From Owenia fusiformis (taxonomy: Eukaryota), in NCBI GenBank assembly GCA_903813345.2, contig CAIIXF020000001.1, positions 38,750,001 through 38,814,000 on the forward strand: a DNA stretch of 64,000 nucleotides, written 5' to 3'. The notes beneath the pieces were generated by a model, which saw only the letters and a list, made by a program, of their open reading frames with translations, had not been told where the DNA came from and searched no databases. The position numbers were made by a program, and so were the translations under genes. Below, piece after piece: positions 55,901-64,000 of the stretch (its first letter is position 1; each line of letters starts with the position of its first letter).

Positions 55901-56921
55901 CATAAACATAGCATTTGATAGAAATTAGCGTAAATGCTTTTCCGACTTTTTCATTTTTCATCAATGTTGACTTCCGGGAAGGCGTTGTAGTTATCACGAA
56001 ATAACGCATTGACCCTTGAACTTTACTTTGTTGACGTGTCAACCAAGCATGTCTGGTGTGAAAATTAAAAGAATATTAAGCAATGTTCTACATCCGCCAA
56101 GCTAAGTGAAGTAGTCAATATTTAAAATTACCAATTTCAAGTAAAGTACGCAACGAACGAAACTGCGTGATCTACACTCCCACTATTGGTCTGAATGAAA
56201 TGCTACGTAGAAATATGAGCCGTCTGCTGTATTAGTCGATTAATAGAGTAAGACCTGTTGGTGATGCTTTATAATTTAGACCAAAACATTGAAGAACAAA
56301 CGAACCTGTAAATCGTGAAAACAACGAACAAATATTCGGTTTTCACATATGTTCGGTAATTTTTCGTATTGAAACTTCCGGAACTTACAAGGAAATCATT
56401 CATTTTCTCGATCCATGATTTACCTCTTGGATGTTGTGGCAAATGCTCCATGGTTGACGGAACAAAGGTGATATGGTTTCATTAAGATTCGGGTTCTAAC
56501 CTTTAGAAGGTAAGTCAGACTACCAAACGTCAGCTAACTCTTATATTTAGCATGTTAGCGACGCAGTAAGGCCTTGAAAAAAGTAGTAGTCTACCACATT
56601 CATGGGGTACAGGAAACACATAGTCTTTCCAAAAGTAACAAAATAAAAACAACTGCTGAATTTTGCAACATTACTTGCAAGAAATTTAGAATTCCTAATT
56701 TAAATCGACATGACAGACAATATTCAAAAAATACAGATTTTCACTTTCAGAGATCGATTTTTGAAATATTTTTGAAAAGTTAAATTTTTACCTTCAGCTA
56801 TTACTCTCTTCACACGGAGTTTCTGTTCACCAAGTTCAACATATTGGCCCACAAAGTCACTATCTCGTACCCCTCCTTGATTACTAAGGAATCCAAACGT
56901 TGATTTTAAAAAATCTGACAT
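1984..56921 (-). CDS. GAK: Cyclin G-associated kinase / auxilin, complete 24-exon CDS (4083 nt, 1360 aa)
   Basis: Exons 5'->3': 56921-56792, 53347-53286, 51519-51460, 50963-50849, 49952-49813, 47467-47342, 42905-42816, 42024-41889, 41471-41328, 40375-40195, 39093-38892, 36891-36769, 24319-24186, 23717-23604, 23385-23305, 16285-16168, 12892-12813, 11822-11626, 6846-5746, 5250-5098, 3964-3791, 3418-3276, 2740-2564, 2085-1984. All GT-AG and phase-consistent. NAK kinase motifs [41 protein letters not shown]-like [17 protein letters not shown]2 QFHTGFI; J domain [11 protein letters not shown]. Confidence 0.96.
2119..2260. mobile_element. Tc1/pogo-type MITE (other copies at 38591-38754 and 50141-50366)
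   Basis: (C/T)AGTGAAACCTG...GGTTTTACTG termini in TA context, with internal GTGGAACAC repeats shared by the copies. Confidence 0.7.
5746..6846 (-). CDS. GAK: GAK exon 19 (1101 nt): disordered clathrin/adaptor-binding region
   Basis: Matches ORF 5738..6820. Repeated DPF motifs (FDPF x3, YDPF, PDPF) and DLL/LLDI clathrin-binding-type motifs. Flanked by ttcag and gtaag. Confidence 0.93.
7344..7826. mobile_element. Palindromic MITE-like element
   Basis: Nested inverted repeats: CGATTTGACTAGATCA 7432-7447 / 7604-7619 and TTAAGCGCCCCCC 7506-7518 / 7534-7546. Imperfect termini. Confidence 0.6.
8459..11191 (+). CDS. Intronless atypical class A (rhodopsin-like) GPCR, about 910 aa, nested antisense in GAK intron 18
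   Basis: First in-frame ATG at 8459 is followed by a hydrophobic signal-like segment. Seven hydrophobic segments: TM1 GLIGNSL, TM2 ISVADF, TM6 LTTTPL, TM7 ALWPVIF, helix-8-like [12 protein letters not shown]-rich, N-glycosylation-rich ectodomain. AATAAA at 11326. Confidence 0.82.
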   Translation: MIMMMSRFVVLFQLLMLNIENPVGLAIQDSTTSNNPKHWKDTHQEDAPENEQHGYPDRLHVTTEMDALMENEQHGYPDRLHATTEMDASMENEQHVYPDRLHATTEMDASMKNEQHRYLDRLHIKTEGNDSMENEQNRYLDRLYVTTEMDTSMENEQHVYPDRLHITTEGNDSMKNEQNGYLDRLYVTTEGNDSMENKQQGYPDRLHKSIESKPNSPQLNMNLNNSFILNNQTSIITTLHFQDVTFVDDAGTTSENNFSTSENDDMITSEMSIASFDDSIAATTLKLHDVTDSHVGVTLSHYGATSDTGKNVTDIQIHGAINVTSPPNINESSSVLLSAHGNCSIKFKGIDLQLQLSYAYFCTETFSTVYIYPAVSILGLIIVSGLIGNSLILISTGLDRNCRKPKLFSLISISVADFYISVIHTTFALVLVLTSSEFNQQVTQSLIYRIDFSLSQMFFSVICLSHIIFSISHCCNITIKRKRYEKIFQSSTISAVTCCMCFFFSVLSIAGEFYKPFSFLQDIIIIIFYLLLQIIIVICVLRVYFYVKNLGDNLRQISNTSTQSSDSIRKKISSDTINNMVISIMLFALTTTPLVIMVAADIQSHDLRLIFHLLGILKSALWPVIFTSRLPMFNFAIRAILTLRLPSVKRNTLAKKHRIEKLKHYYAEILCFPQLHMKQLMKGPKPGETKVIWKKQNEASFGRSIEAESSGYQPVMVNRMNVRRGIDMFNDIEIDSGIYKNNFNIVHNGTDSTTGTTDVKSGVGANNCINVQHLVDVHNGIDNNQIGNDVDNRITTHNGENISHKNRETVSHKNGDTVSHERVETFSPKNGETVSHKNGKTVSHERVETFSHENGETVSHKNGEIVSHKNGETVPHESGEIDVEIKTGDIQIDCGNNVTEVNSIMTITRL
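8603..9080 (+). repeat. Coding 63-bp (21-aa) tandem repeat, about 7.6 copies, in the GPCR ectodomain
   Basis: Consensus [21 protein letters not shown], visible in both DNA and protein. Confidence 0.95.
10847..11100 (+). repeat. Coding 24-bp (8-aa) tandem repeat, about 11 copies, in the GPCR C-terminal tail
   Basis: HKNGETVS / HERVETFS units, with partial 72-bp higher-order periodicity. Confidence 0.93.
11510..11599. repeat. 45-bp tandem duplication
   Basis: AATGAGGAGTATTTTGAAAGTAAGACCC(A/G)TTTGAGGCCCAAACGT x2. Confidence 0.9.
12453..12790. mobile_element. TTAA-flanked MITE (Kolobok-like)
   Basis: TTAA|GGTAGAAGTTCACTGTTCA...TGAACAGTGAACTTCTACC|TTAA, TIR about 33 bp. Confidence 0.85.
13672..14043. 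mobile_element. TTAA-flanked MITE (Kolobok-like)
   Basis: TTAA|AGGAAG...CTTCCT|TTAA with imperfect TIRs. Confidence 0.6.
17002..17104. repeat. About 100-bp palindrome/hairpin
   Basis: TATGACCTGAATTGATTGCAAACTT ... AAGTTTGCAATCGATTCAGGTCATA. Confidence 0.8.
17510..21752. mobile_element. Non-autonomous TIR transposon with CAC...GTG ends and a 5-bp TSD (Transib-like)
   Basis: About 51-bp TIR CAC(A/G)GGGGATAAGCAAAACGAGGGCGAAGCCACGGACTGCGACTCGCGTAA. ATAAT at 17505-17509 and 21753-21757. Confidence 0.85.
18149..20723. mobile_element. Foldback element with TAG...CTA ends and 3-bp TSD (Academ-like); arms contain about 166-bp tandem subrepeats; nested in the element above
   Basis: ATT|TAGGCCATCAGC...GCTGATGGCCTA|ATT. 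CCAAGATGG units spaced about 165 bp on the left arm and inverted on the right arm. Confidence 0.85.
23386..23503. repeat. 56-bp tandem duplication including the GAK exon 15 acceptor
   Basis: CTGAAAGATAAC...AAGGGTTA x2; CTGAAA recurs at 23386, 23442 and 23498. Confidence 0.85.
24875..28300 (-). mobile_element. Helentron-associated element (HINE/DINE-1 architecture) carrying about 10 copies of a 338-bp satellite
   Basis: On the minus strand: TT, subTIR AGCTCACATGG with short inverted repeat, (GTCY)n microsatellite 28210-28262, tandem array, subTIR at 24896-24906, and hairpin AGTACC-CAC-GGTACT at 24879-24893. Confidence 0.85.
29214..29545 (+). mobile_element. tRNA-derived SINE (central region resembles a Meta-SINE core)
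   Basis: Box A TAGCTCAGCGG, box B GATTCGATCC, unpaired acceptor stem, body with GTGCACATAAAAGAAC, and an A-rich (ACAAT)-type tail. Confidence 0.75.
30150..31025. mobile_element. Probable HINE-like repeat with (YTGGAC)n and (GGAC)n microsatellites
   Basis: CTGGAC/TTGGAC run at 30665-30736 and GACG/GGAC run at 30950-30980. Boundaries uncertain. Confidence 0.45.
31158..31737. mobile_element. MITE with TAG...CTA ends and a 9-bp TSD (AcademH- or Mutator-like)
   Basis: CAAGTTTCA|TAGCCTTGCCCAAGTCGGT...ACCGACTTGGGCAAGGCTA|CAAGTTTCA. Confidence 0.9.
33175..35456 (+). CDS. Secreted NTF2-like (SnoaL/DUF4440-type) protein, 140 aa, 4 exons, nested antisense in GAK intron 12
   Basis: Exons 33175-33232, 34282-34425, 34860-35010, 35387-35456 (AG/GT, phases 1,1,2; 423 nt, open). 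Protein: [140 protein letters not shown]. Has a signal peptide plus [19 protein letters not shown] and RRINGKWK SnoaL-type motifs. AATAAA follows the stop. Confidence 0.85.
33598..33905. mobile_element. piggyBac-type MITE in intron 1 of the nested NTF2-like gene
   Basis: TTAA|CCCTTTCACGACG...CGTCGTGAAAGGG|TTAA. Confidence 0.9.
34678..34820 (-). mobile_element. Short HINE-like element (relatives at 15476-15610 and 53140-53280; array-bearing copy at 51803-52829)
   Basis: Shared GTCA(T/C)CACCTGC subTIR, (CCAAC)-type microsatellite and terminal GTCA..GTGAC inverted repeat. Confidence 0.6.
36370..36685 (-). mobile_element. Truncated single-unit copy of the 24875-28300 HINE family
   Basis: Same satellite monomer sequence, (GGAC/AGAC)n and AGCTCACCATGTGAGCT end. 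Confidence 0.85.
37100..38514. mobile_element. Possible TTAA-flanked (Kolobok-like) non-autonomous element
   Basis: TTAA|AGAT...ATCT|TTAA, weak TIR, symmetric CACGTGAC sites, CpG-rich interior. Confidence 0.4.
39312..39762. mobile_element. hAT-type MITE
   Basis: CTTTCTAC|TAGTGTTGTCGCGAT...ATCGCGACAACACTA|CTTTCTAC (8-bp TSD), with internal CATCGATG repeats. Confidence 0.9.
40974..41301 (-). mobile_element. Double-hairpin repeat element, inverted relative of 42173-42610
   Basis: Shares TA(A/G)GGGTTATG(C/T)ACTGGGAGGTTTTGGATA and TATCCAAACCGACCGT(A/G)CATAACTG. Second inverted repeat 40974-40997 / 41143-41167. Confidence 0.7.
42173..42610 (+). mobile_element. Double-hairpin repeat element
   Basis: Palindromic head 42173-42320, followed by GTATTCCATACC...GGTATGGAATAC inverted repeat around a T-rich spacer. 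Confidence 0.7.
43137..47243. mobile_element. Academ-type foldback transposon (4.1 kb) with arms over 1 kb and decayed transposase relics
   Basis: ATA|TAGTGCAGTCAGAATGTGGG...CCCACATTCTGACTGCACTA|ATA. Plus-strand relics [19 protein letters not shown] (45647-45712, XPG/FEN1-like HAFTGCD motif) and [12 protein letters not shown] (45838-45873). Confidence 0.88.
47620..48175. repeat. 24-bp minisatellite, about 23 copies
   Basis: Consensus ATGTAGCAATAGGGCA(T/G)GTTGACA. Generates the spurious [16 protein letters not shown] ORFs. Confidence 0.92.
48479..48667. mobile_element. MITE with CAGG...CCTG ends and a 5-bp flanking duplication (partial copy at 23942-24100)
   Basis: AATGC|CAGGCCCGTAGCC...GGCTATGGGCCTG|AATGC. 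Confidence 0.8.
50247..50313. mobile_element. 67-bp mini-element with a 9-bp TSD, derivative of 54144-54511
   Basis: GAACATTAA|TACCCTGCGTGC...GCAAAGGGTA|GAACATTAA. Confidence 0.88.
51803..52829 (+). mobile_element. HINE-like element containing a tandem array of about 150-bp units
   Basis: Repeated GATTTGACCTTCAATGACCTT...AAGGTCAAAA units. The ends match the short copies at 34678-34820 and 15476-15610. Confidence 0.7.
54144..54511. mobile_element. MITE with TACCC...GGGTA ends and a 9-bp TSD (AcademH- or Mutator-like)
   Basis: CAAATAAGT|TACCCTGCGTGC...GCAAAGGGTA|CAAATAAGT. Confidence 0.88.
55756..56590. mobile_element. TIR element with about 135-bp near-perfect inverted repeats, in GAK intron 1
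   Basis: 55756-55890 is the reverse complement of 56457-56590. No clear TSD. Confidence 0.8.
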
Positions 56922-56978
56922 ATTTACGTCCAAAATAAGATTTGTATCACAAAGTATTCATTTTCCAATTTTCGCCCA

Positions 56979-57005
56979 CCGGAAGATGATAGATTGATGA
57001 CGTCA
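56979..57005 (-). promoter_or_regulatory. Putative GAK proximal promoter motifs (ETS CCGGAAG, full CRE TGACGTCA)
   Basis: CCGGAAG at 56979-56985 and TGACGTCA at 56998-57005, 60-85 bp upstream of the GAK ATG. Confidence 0.45.
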
Positions 57006-57232
57006 ATACGACAGGTGCTACCATCTTTCAATAAATCTTTCAAATCAGGGATGGATCATTTTAAACATCAACTTGCATTCACAGATCCCCCCACATTTAT
57101 CATGAATCATATAAAATTGGAAATATAAGCTGAGACCATCATAAAATATTATGTTAGTCTCGGGTATAAGCAATAGGTTTCAGATGTAGACTTGAGAGAC
57201 TCTTGAAAGCCCATGGACTAACAAATGGACTA

Positions 57233-57469
57233 CAGTTGGGGACATAAATAAATGACAGGTGGATTTGCTGAAGTGAGGATTTCCCATGTTAAAAATAAGA
57301 GAATTTACAAGAGGCCATACATCAGTGGATGAGATTATACAAAATGTAAAATATACAAATTTTAAGGGATATATATCTAGACAATATTGGAAATTATGGG
57401 CTTTCAGACCACCATAATTAGGAAATGGTGATCGAAAATCGACCTGTCATTTATTTTTGTCCCCAACTG
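57233..57469. mobile_element. Tc1/mariner-type MITE
   Basis: TA|CAGTTGGGGACA(T/A)AAATAAATGACAGG...inverse|TA. Confidence 0.88.
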
Positions 57470-58823
57470 TATATCCTCTAGTCTGAATTTTTTTTGAAAT
57501 TTGGAATGAAAATATTCAGACTATAGCCCACATATGTTAAAATTTGGGATTGAAAGTTATTTGTTTACATAGGAAGTGCCAAAATGGCCGACTGGGTAAA
57601 TTAATTTGCATATTTGTTACTTCCCCTAGCTTTATTTCCATCTGACAATACGCACGGTTACTTTTATAGCATTTAATTGTACCTTACTACTTAATTGAAT
57701 TGTTATAATGCTTATCATGTTTTTGTAAGTGAAGTTTCCTAAAATTGATAATTGTGTGCTGGAAATTTCCTGTTTTTCCCACAGGAGGGACATAATGATC
57801 AATAGACTGAATTCTCAGGAAATTCAGTCTATTGGATATAGACTAGACTAACAAATGGCATGAGTGAAAAATTGTGCTACTCGGACCTTGGTATATTTTC
57901 TCGAAACATGTTCCAAGGGCCTTTCGACATTATCTAAAAAAATCTGGAAATGTATATTGCCTAATCATAATTGTAATTTACTATTTATAGTCATAGTTTC
58001 AGGTATTTGGGCAGTTGTCATGCAGGACACACAAGCTGACAAAGGAGGTTATTTTGAGTCATTTATTAGAGAGCGACCTCATAGCAAGAAAATCTGGTAT
58101 ATTATACGTCTCTGCTTGATGTTTATACAAACATTCAAGGAATGTAAGGCCTTCCCAATATCAGTTCAGCCATTTGTCAAACCGTCTTAGTCTTGTATCA
58201 AGTTTTGGACACCACCACCCCTCAACCTCCTTCACCTCAGTGTCAAAGCAAGAAAACATTACATGATGAGGCAATTGTTCCTGTCAAGATACAAACCATG
58301 AGGATGAACATTTAAAACTGCAAGGATTTGGATAACCTGAGAATATATTAGTTGGTTTCATCATGGAACCATTTATTTTAACATTTACAATGACATTCAC
58401 ATGTTTGTATAACAAAGATGCATTGGAGTTTTAAAAAATATATTCCAAATGCATGTGTCAAATATTTGAGTAATATTCACACTAGTATCTAAAAAATTAT
58501 CTCTAGAAAGTGAGAACAATTATTTTTGTGGTGCATTTAAGTTAAATGCTTTGAACATCACAAAAAGGAACAATATGTAATAAGACTGCACATATTTACA
58601 ATATCTACAACATTTACAATAACTGCACGGTTCAATTCAGTAGAATTTAGTGGAAAACTTAAAGTATAACCAATAGTAATATGATCATGGGAAATTTAAG
58701 CTACTAAGAAATTCCCACTGATTAGTGAGACAAAAGCCATACAATTGATGTTCATTGTTATAAGCAAGCAATGAACAACATTTTTATAACAAGAGGATTT
58801 CAATAATCAAACAATGTCTATGT

Positions 58824-60557
58824 TTATTTCAAGGAAGACATTTTCTGTATCAGCATGTCTTTCATAACTTTAGCAAGATTTTCGAGTTCAACTGTTTTCT
58901 TTCTCAATATTTCATTTTCAATTTTCAATTCCTCCGCTTCAATGTCCATACTAGCAAATTTCTGACGTCTAGTTGCTCTTGAAATTTTAGAAGCAACATT
59001 ATTCTTCCTTCTGCGTTCATGGTATTTTTCAATGTCAGACATTCCATCAACCAACTGATCTTTCGGGATAATGTTATCTGTTTTAAGAGCATCATTGTTC
59101 ACAGGATGCTCTTTCTTAATCTTCTTTGTAGAATAATCATGATCAATGGTAACACGGGCAACATCCTTGGCTGATCTTTGACGTTTAAGGTTTCTCTTAA
59201 CTGGCTTTTCTTTTACTGGCTTCACAGGCCCAAGGATTTGTACCTTTGGAGTTTCCTGGAGATAAGAATGACAGATAATCATAGATAGAGTAGCTATACT
59301 TGTTAGCAAAAGAATAAAGTGATTAATATAATTAGTAATCTCAGCAATAGAATTAAAACTAATAAAAGTAATTATCAATGAAATTAGAAATCTAAATCGC
59401 AAAATGATTTAGACCATTGCAAAGGTAATATACTGATGACAATTCAACCTGTGCACGTGCCCTATGACGTGTGAATTACTGGGCCTCCAAAATATCAAGA
59501 CAAATTTAGATATTTTTATTTTGTTTACACAACTATTATTTTAAATATAATTCAGGATTTCAGTGAGGTTGAAAGTCACAGAAAGGAGGGGAAGTCCACT
59601 GCAAAGGCATGCATTTTTTGAAGTCTCAAATAACAATCGCAACAGTTTTAGCAGATGAAGTTAAACGGTAATATGTTTATTTTTAACATATAAGGTAGTG
59701 TATAACGGCCTATAACTTGACAATGGTTTGACGGCGTATGAAATGTGTATAATTCAGTGGATCATTATAATTCATATGAAGGGGCCTATTCATTCCATTG
59801 CAAATTTTTTAAAATCAACATCTTATTTTAGCTCGACTTACCTCTGGAAGATAATCAGTGAGGTCAGTAAAGTCCTCAAAGAAATTCTCAAATCCAAGAT
59901 CACCAATACCAGCATTCAAATTAATGGTAGGTGTGTCCAATGTTACTTCATTGCAACTGGCTAGCAGTGAAGTGTCAAGGCTGATGGTGTCATTTTTGTC
60001 ATGTTCCAACGTCAATGACTTCAACAGGTCATCTTCGTTGGGAAGGTCTGAAATTATAACAAATTATTAATTATTTACATTTCATATCATATCAGTATTT
60101 ATCTCAAGTGTTACAAGGCCATACTCAGGCGTATGATCGAGTGTCACATGAGTAATTTGTACTCCAGTTGAATGCTGATGCAAGCATAATTGTGCCAGTA
60201 TTGCATCATCAGCCTGAAAATATGAGCCATACACAGCACAGGGTGGTAAAAAATCACCTAAGTTCATGGGTATACAATAACAAATGTTTACCATGTTTGA
60301 ATTGAAAAATGTAATATGTAATCATATATACCACAAATTTATAATAATTACCTGTGTCAAATAGGCCACATATCTTCTGTACCGAACGTAAGGAATTCCC
60401 GGGACTTGGGTAAAGTCCCGGTAGTATATGTTTGATGGATCTCATCACTTTCTTGGGGGATGTCAAGAAGGTCAACCAATTCCTCCAAGCTCTTAGGCTC
60501 AATCTCTGAACCCATGGGTCCCTCAGTAATCAAAGATACCATGGCGTTACTCTGCAT
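58824..60557 (-). CDS. bZIP transcription factor, PAR/C-EBP-like basic region (TEF/HLF/giant-like); N-terminus ambiguous
   Basis: Terminal exon 59255-58824 encodes EKYHERRRKNNVASKISRATRR plus a leucine zipper. Exon 60047-59842 is acidic (ENFFEDFTDLTDYLPE). The upstream exon starts at 60659, with ATGs at 60557/60542 and donors at 60382 (GTACAG, in frame) or 60351 (GTAATT, out of frame). Confidence 0.85.
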
Positions 60558-60885
60558 GAACGAAGCGTTGTTTAGCGTGCTACTTTGCTGTGCCGTCGTT
60601 TTGATTCTCCTGGTGTTACCTCTTTGCAGTGGGGAATAAATCCCTTCTTTTAGCCTTGCCTAGAAAACAATACAGATGCTTTTCAAAAATAAGTACAACA
60701 TGACAAGTCCCCAACAACTAGATGATAGCATAATGTGTACCCCCCCCCAAAAAAAAAAGAAAATCTACAATCATTCTCAAAACTTTTCCCCAAAATTACT
60801 GCCCATATGTTATCTAACATTCTTAATTCCCTGGCCACATAAACACTAAAGTTCATAGGATTAACTTAGGTGTAGATCTACCTAC

Positions 60886-61070
60886 CTACAGCTTTGGTTA
60901 ACTTTCTCTACCTCTCCCTCTGTGATAATGTAACTATGACAAGCCGGTCGGCAATCTCGATATTTGTGGTGCAAGATCCGCTACTATTTTTAGAAATGAG
61001 TAATGTTCAACCAATCAAATTAGTATGTCTATTTATACGCTACAATTTATCGTCATCATAAACCAATCAA
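60886..61070 (-). promoter_or_regulatory. Putative bZIP core promoter and non-coding first exon
   Basis: TATAAATA at 61037-61030 on the minus strand, CCAAT boxes at about 61011 and 61063, and an ATG-free segment ending in AG|GTAGGT at 60886. Confidence 0.55.
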
Positions 61071-62297
61071 AATCTTTGTTGCTACTTGTTTCATCGTTAG
61101 TAATTACTCCCGATAAAACTGTATTAACTTTTCACCATAGTAATTTTAATGATTAAGAATTTCAAACGTACTTCTCAATTTCTTTAAAAAGAAATATTTA
61201 AATATGCCGATCATGTTTTATTTGTCTATAAGTGATATCGCAATTTTGTACACATGCATTTATTGAATTTATCTAAGTGGGAATAAGCAATACATTAAAC
61301 ACCCACCTATTTACCCTTCCAAATAGTTATCAATGAAGTATATAGATGTCACTGGTAGACTATTAAAGTTGTCTGTAATAACAGTATCCGCATTACATCA
61401 TTCTGATGCCGCATCTTTCTGTTTCACATGAAACATGTCTCAGGGTTGAGAGGAAATGAGATGTCATGGTTTATCATGATGGCCTACATCATGTTGATAC
61501 TCAGACCATCTCTGCAATTGAAGGAAACTGAGAGAAGGCTGTGATATCTCACGATGGCATTAGGCCTACATGGTTTTTGATAATTTTTAATCTTTAAAAG
61601 TAATATCGAAATTACCCATATTGTATTAATGATTTTCTATAACACTGATTCGAGAAGTAGCTAATTCATGATTTTATTATTTCAAAGGAACACTGAAAGT
61701 TGATAGTCTACTCTACTGATATATAAAACAGTTTTATACGGTTTCTGCTCATCCTTGATCCATGGGTCTATCAGTGGTGGCAGAGTCCATGCTTGGTCCA
61801 AGGCTATTTCACTCCCGGATTTCACTTCTTTTCCATTAAGAGGTCCTTTGAATGAGGGATGGTTTCTGCTCAACTGATGAAAAGTAGGTTCATCTTTATT
61901 TAATTGTTATGCAACGTTGCTTTTGGTGGGCTTTTGGTTTTGGTTGCCTATGACGTCGGACCTGGGGACAATTAGAGAAATACGGCCTAATGTCACCTTT
62001 AAACGTTAATACCCGCCTAAGTAAAAAACCTAAGCATGTGTTTCATATATTATTTTTAAGCTTTTTAATGCGCGTTTCAGTGATACTATTTTTGCTCGAA
62101 AATTTCGATTTGATCTACCTTTTTAAAGTTAAAACTACCCCAACATCGAAAAATTCGTTGTACGTAACACTTTACCTTTAAACGGTTCGTTGAAATTAGG
62201 ATAACTTTTGAAATGATAATCAGAATCCCATGAAATTTTCAGATTTTGTTAGAATGAAATAAAATGTATTTCCGAACCTTGTTGGAACTTTTTCCCC

Positions 62298-63400
62298 CAT
62301 TGAACTATGTGTAAAAGCCTCTTTACGTTTGAATTTTTATTTACTTACCTCCAAATTTTCTCAATTTTTTTCCTCAATTACAATAGGTCGAAAATTGATG
62401 ATAAATTTGATGAACTTTTGAAAATCGTCATTCACATGTAATCCAATGGGAAATGGAGGGTTTGGGGCAAATCAAAAATCAGGATATCTTTTCAGTAAAA
62501 GATTCAGCAAAAAATAATTTTATGTAGAAAATTGAATTGTCTAACTTTTTTGAACATTAAGTGTTTAGTTTATTTGATGAATATTAAAGTTACAGCGCTT
62601 CAAAGTCATTTTTGAAAATAATTTTTCGCCCTTTGTGTTATTTCAATGGGAGAGGTTTTTTGAAAAACAATTTTGACTTTAAAGCCCTATAACTTTGTTG
62701 AACCTGAAGAAACATATCAATTTTTTGTTAAATAAAGTTAGCAAATTAGCCTGCCTAACTCGTATTTTTTGCAAGGACTCGGATAGATGGATATTCTGTC
62801 ATATGACTTGCGGCAAACCTACCATTTCCCATTGGTTAACATGGGAACGTCGATTTTCAAAAATTCATCAAATTTATCATCAATTTTCGACCTATTGTAA
62901 TTGAGGAAAAAAATTGTGAAAATTTGGAGGTATTGGAATTAAAGTCAAATTACGTTTCCATCAATAGTATAAGTATTTTCATCGCAGGTTAAAGGTGCTA
63001 CAAATAGTGCAGGGGGGCCATTCAACGATCATCGACAAGTGTCAAAATATATTTAGGTTTGGATATTTCATCAAGACTAACATATATTTTCATTATCTAC
63101 AAAGAAACCCTCTGGATGAACATTATTTCAGCTGATATTCCTCTTGAAACATGGTGGATCTTAAAAATCTACAAATGGGACTCCCTTTATAGAGGCTTTG
63201 AATTGAATTTACACTTCTTAATGCTGAAATTGATAGTTTATACATACATTTTATGAAAATAGGTATGTCAAAGAAGGTATTAAGCCAAATATTGACCTGA
63301 TAGCTCAGAAAAAATAAGAAATTTCGAATTTTCTCTCTCTTATTGCCCCTTTAAGTAAATAAAAATTCAAAGGTAAAGAGGCTTTAACACGTAGTTCAAT
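62298..63400. mobile_element. Foldback element whose right arm is split by an insertion of about 420 bp and truncated by a LINE
   Basis: 62349-62457 is inverse to 62821-62930, and 62298-62348 is inverse to 63352-63400. Confidence 0.7.
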
Positions 63401-63935
63401 TCAATTCAATTCAATTTCAATTCACTTTATTTCAAATGTTCCAAATACAGTGTTTTACATTGACATGAAAAGACACCCCGAGGGGTGTATAAGTTTCATG
63501 TTTAACATACAATATAGCATTTATTAAATTAACAGTCAGGTTATATGGAAACAAAAAAATGACAAAGCATAAAATGCATCACAATAAAATACAAGTAATG
63601 AGAAGAAAGCATTTTTCAAAGAAGATCTAATAATGACTTAGCAAATCAAACTTTAACTTTCGTTCAAATGATTTGATATGTTTAGACTTTTTGAGATCAA
63701 GTGAAAGAGTGTTGTAAATGATAACTCTCAAGAATTTCTTTTGCAGAACATACAATTTTTGAATAAGAGTTTTTATGGCATTTCCCCATAAAAGGTTACA
63801 ATAGCTTAAGTACGAATATATCATGGAATAATAGATAGTGGTCATTGTATTTAAAGTCAGTCTATGTCTAGTCTTGTAGAGAAGGCCTATCAAGTTAGAA
63901 ATTTTTGTACAGATAGCATTTATGTGAGATGGGGG
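63398..63935 (-). mobile_element. CR1/L2-group LINE 3' fragment
   Basis: ORF2 C-terminal-type sequence HINAICTKIS..IGLLYK..IYYSMIYSYLSYCNLLWG..LYVLQKKFLRVI, then a 3' UTR, AATAAA and a (TTGAA)n tail. Confidence 0.85.
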
Positions 63936-64000
63936 AAAAAGGGTTGCCAAACTTATGGAGGGGAGTGTATATGCATCTTAATCCTTCATAATTTCCAAAT

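Noticed and set aside
57864..58190. 108-aa ORF between the bZIP gene and GAK
   Set aside because: Non-ATG start, no recognisable motifs and no supporting splice structure.
59256..59402. Hydrophobic N-terminus of ORF 58824..59402 suggesting a membrane-tethered bZIP
   Set aside because: It starts at a non-ATG codon and lies upstream of a clear ctccag acceptor, so it is T-rich intron sequence.
60399..60421. IRE1/XBP1-type unconventional intron explaining the bZIP frame switch
   Set aside because: There is a single hairpin with a 5-nt TACCC loop; no paired 7-nt CNGCNG loops were seen.

Overview
AT-rich eukaryotic genomic DNA from an invertebrate animal (probably lophotrochozoan; inferred, not established). 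It is dominated by a complete 24-exon GAK/auxilin gene on the minus strand (ATG 56921 to stop 1984, about 1360 aa: kinase, PTEN-like/C2, clathrin/AP-binding region, J domain). All splice junctions were reconstructed by hand, are GT-AG and keep frame. Two genes lie antisense inside GAK introns: an intronless, atypical rhodopsin-type 7TM receptor with tandem repeats at both ends (intron 18), and a 4-exon secreted NTF2/SnoaL(DUF4440)-like protein missed by the ORF track (intron 12). Upstream is a PAR/C-EBP-like bZIP gene whose strongly initiated first ORF stops just before the best splice donor, out of frame with the bZIP exons. The introns are dense with nested non-autonomous DNA transposons: two CAC...GTG elements with 5-bp TSDs (Transib-like), Academ-type foldbacks (one with transposase relics), Helentron/HINE elements carrying satellite arrays, TTAA/hAT/Tc1 MITEs, a tRNA-SINE and a LINE 3' end. 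No CRISPR array, rRNA or functional tRNA was seen. All calls come from manual reading; no database searches were run.
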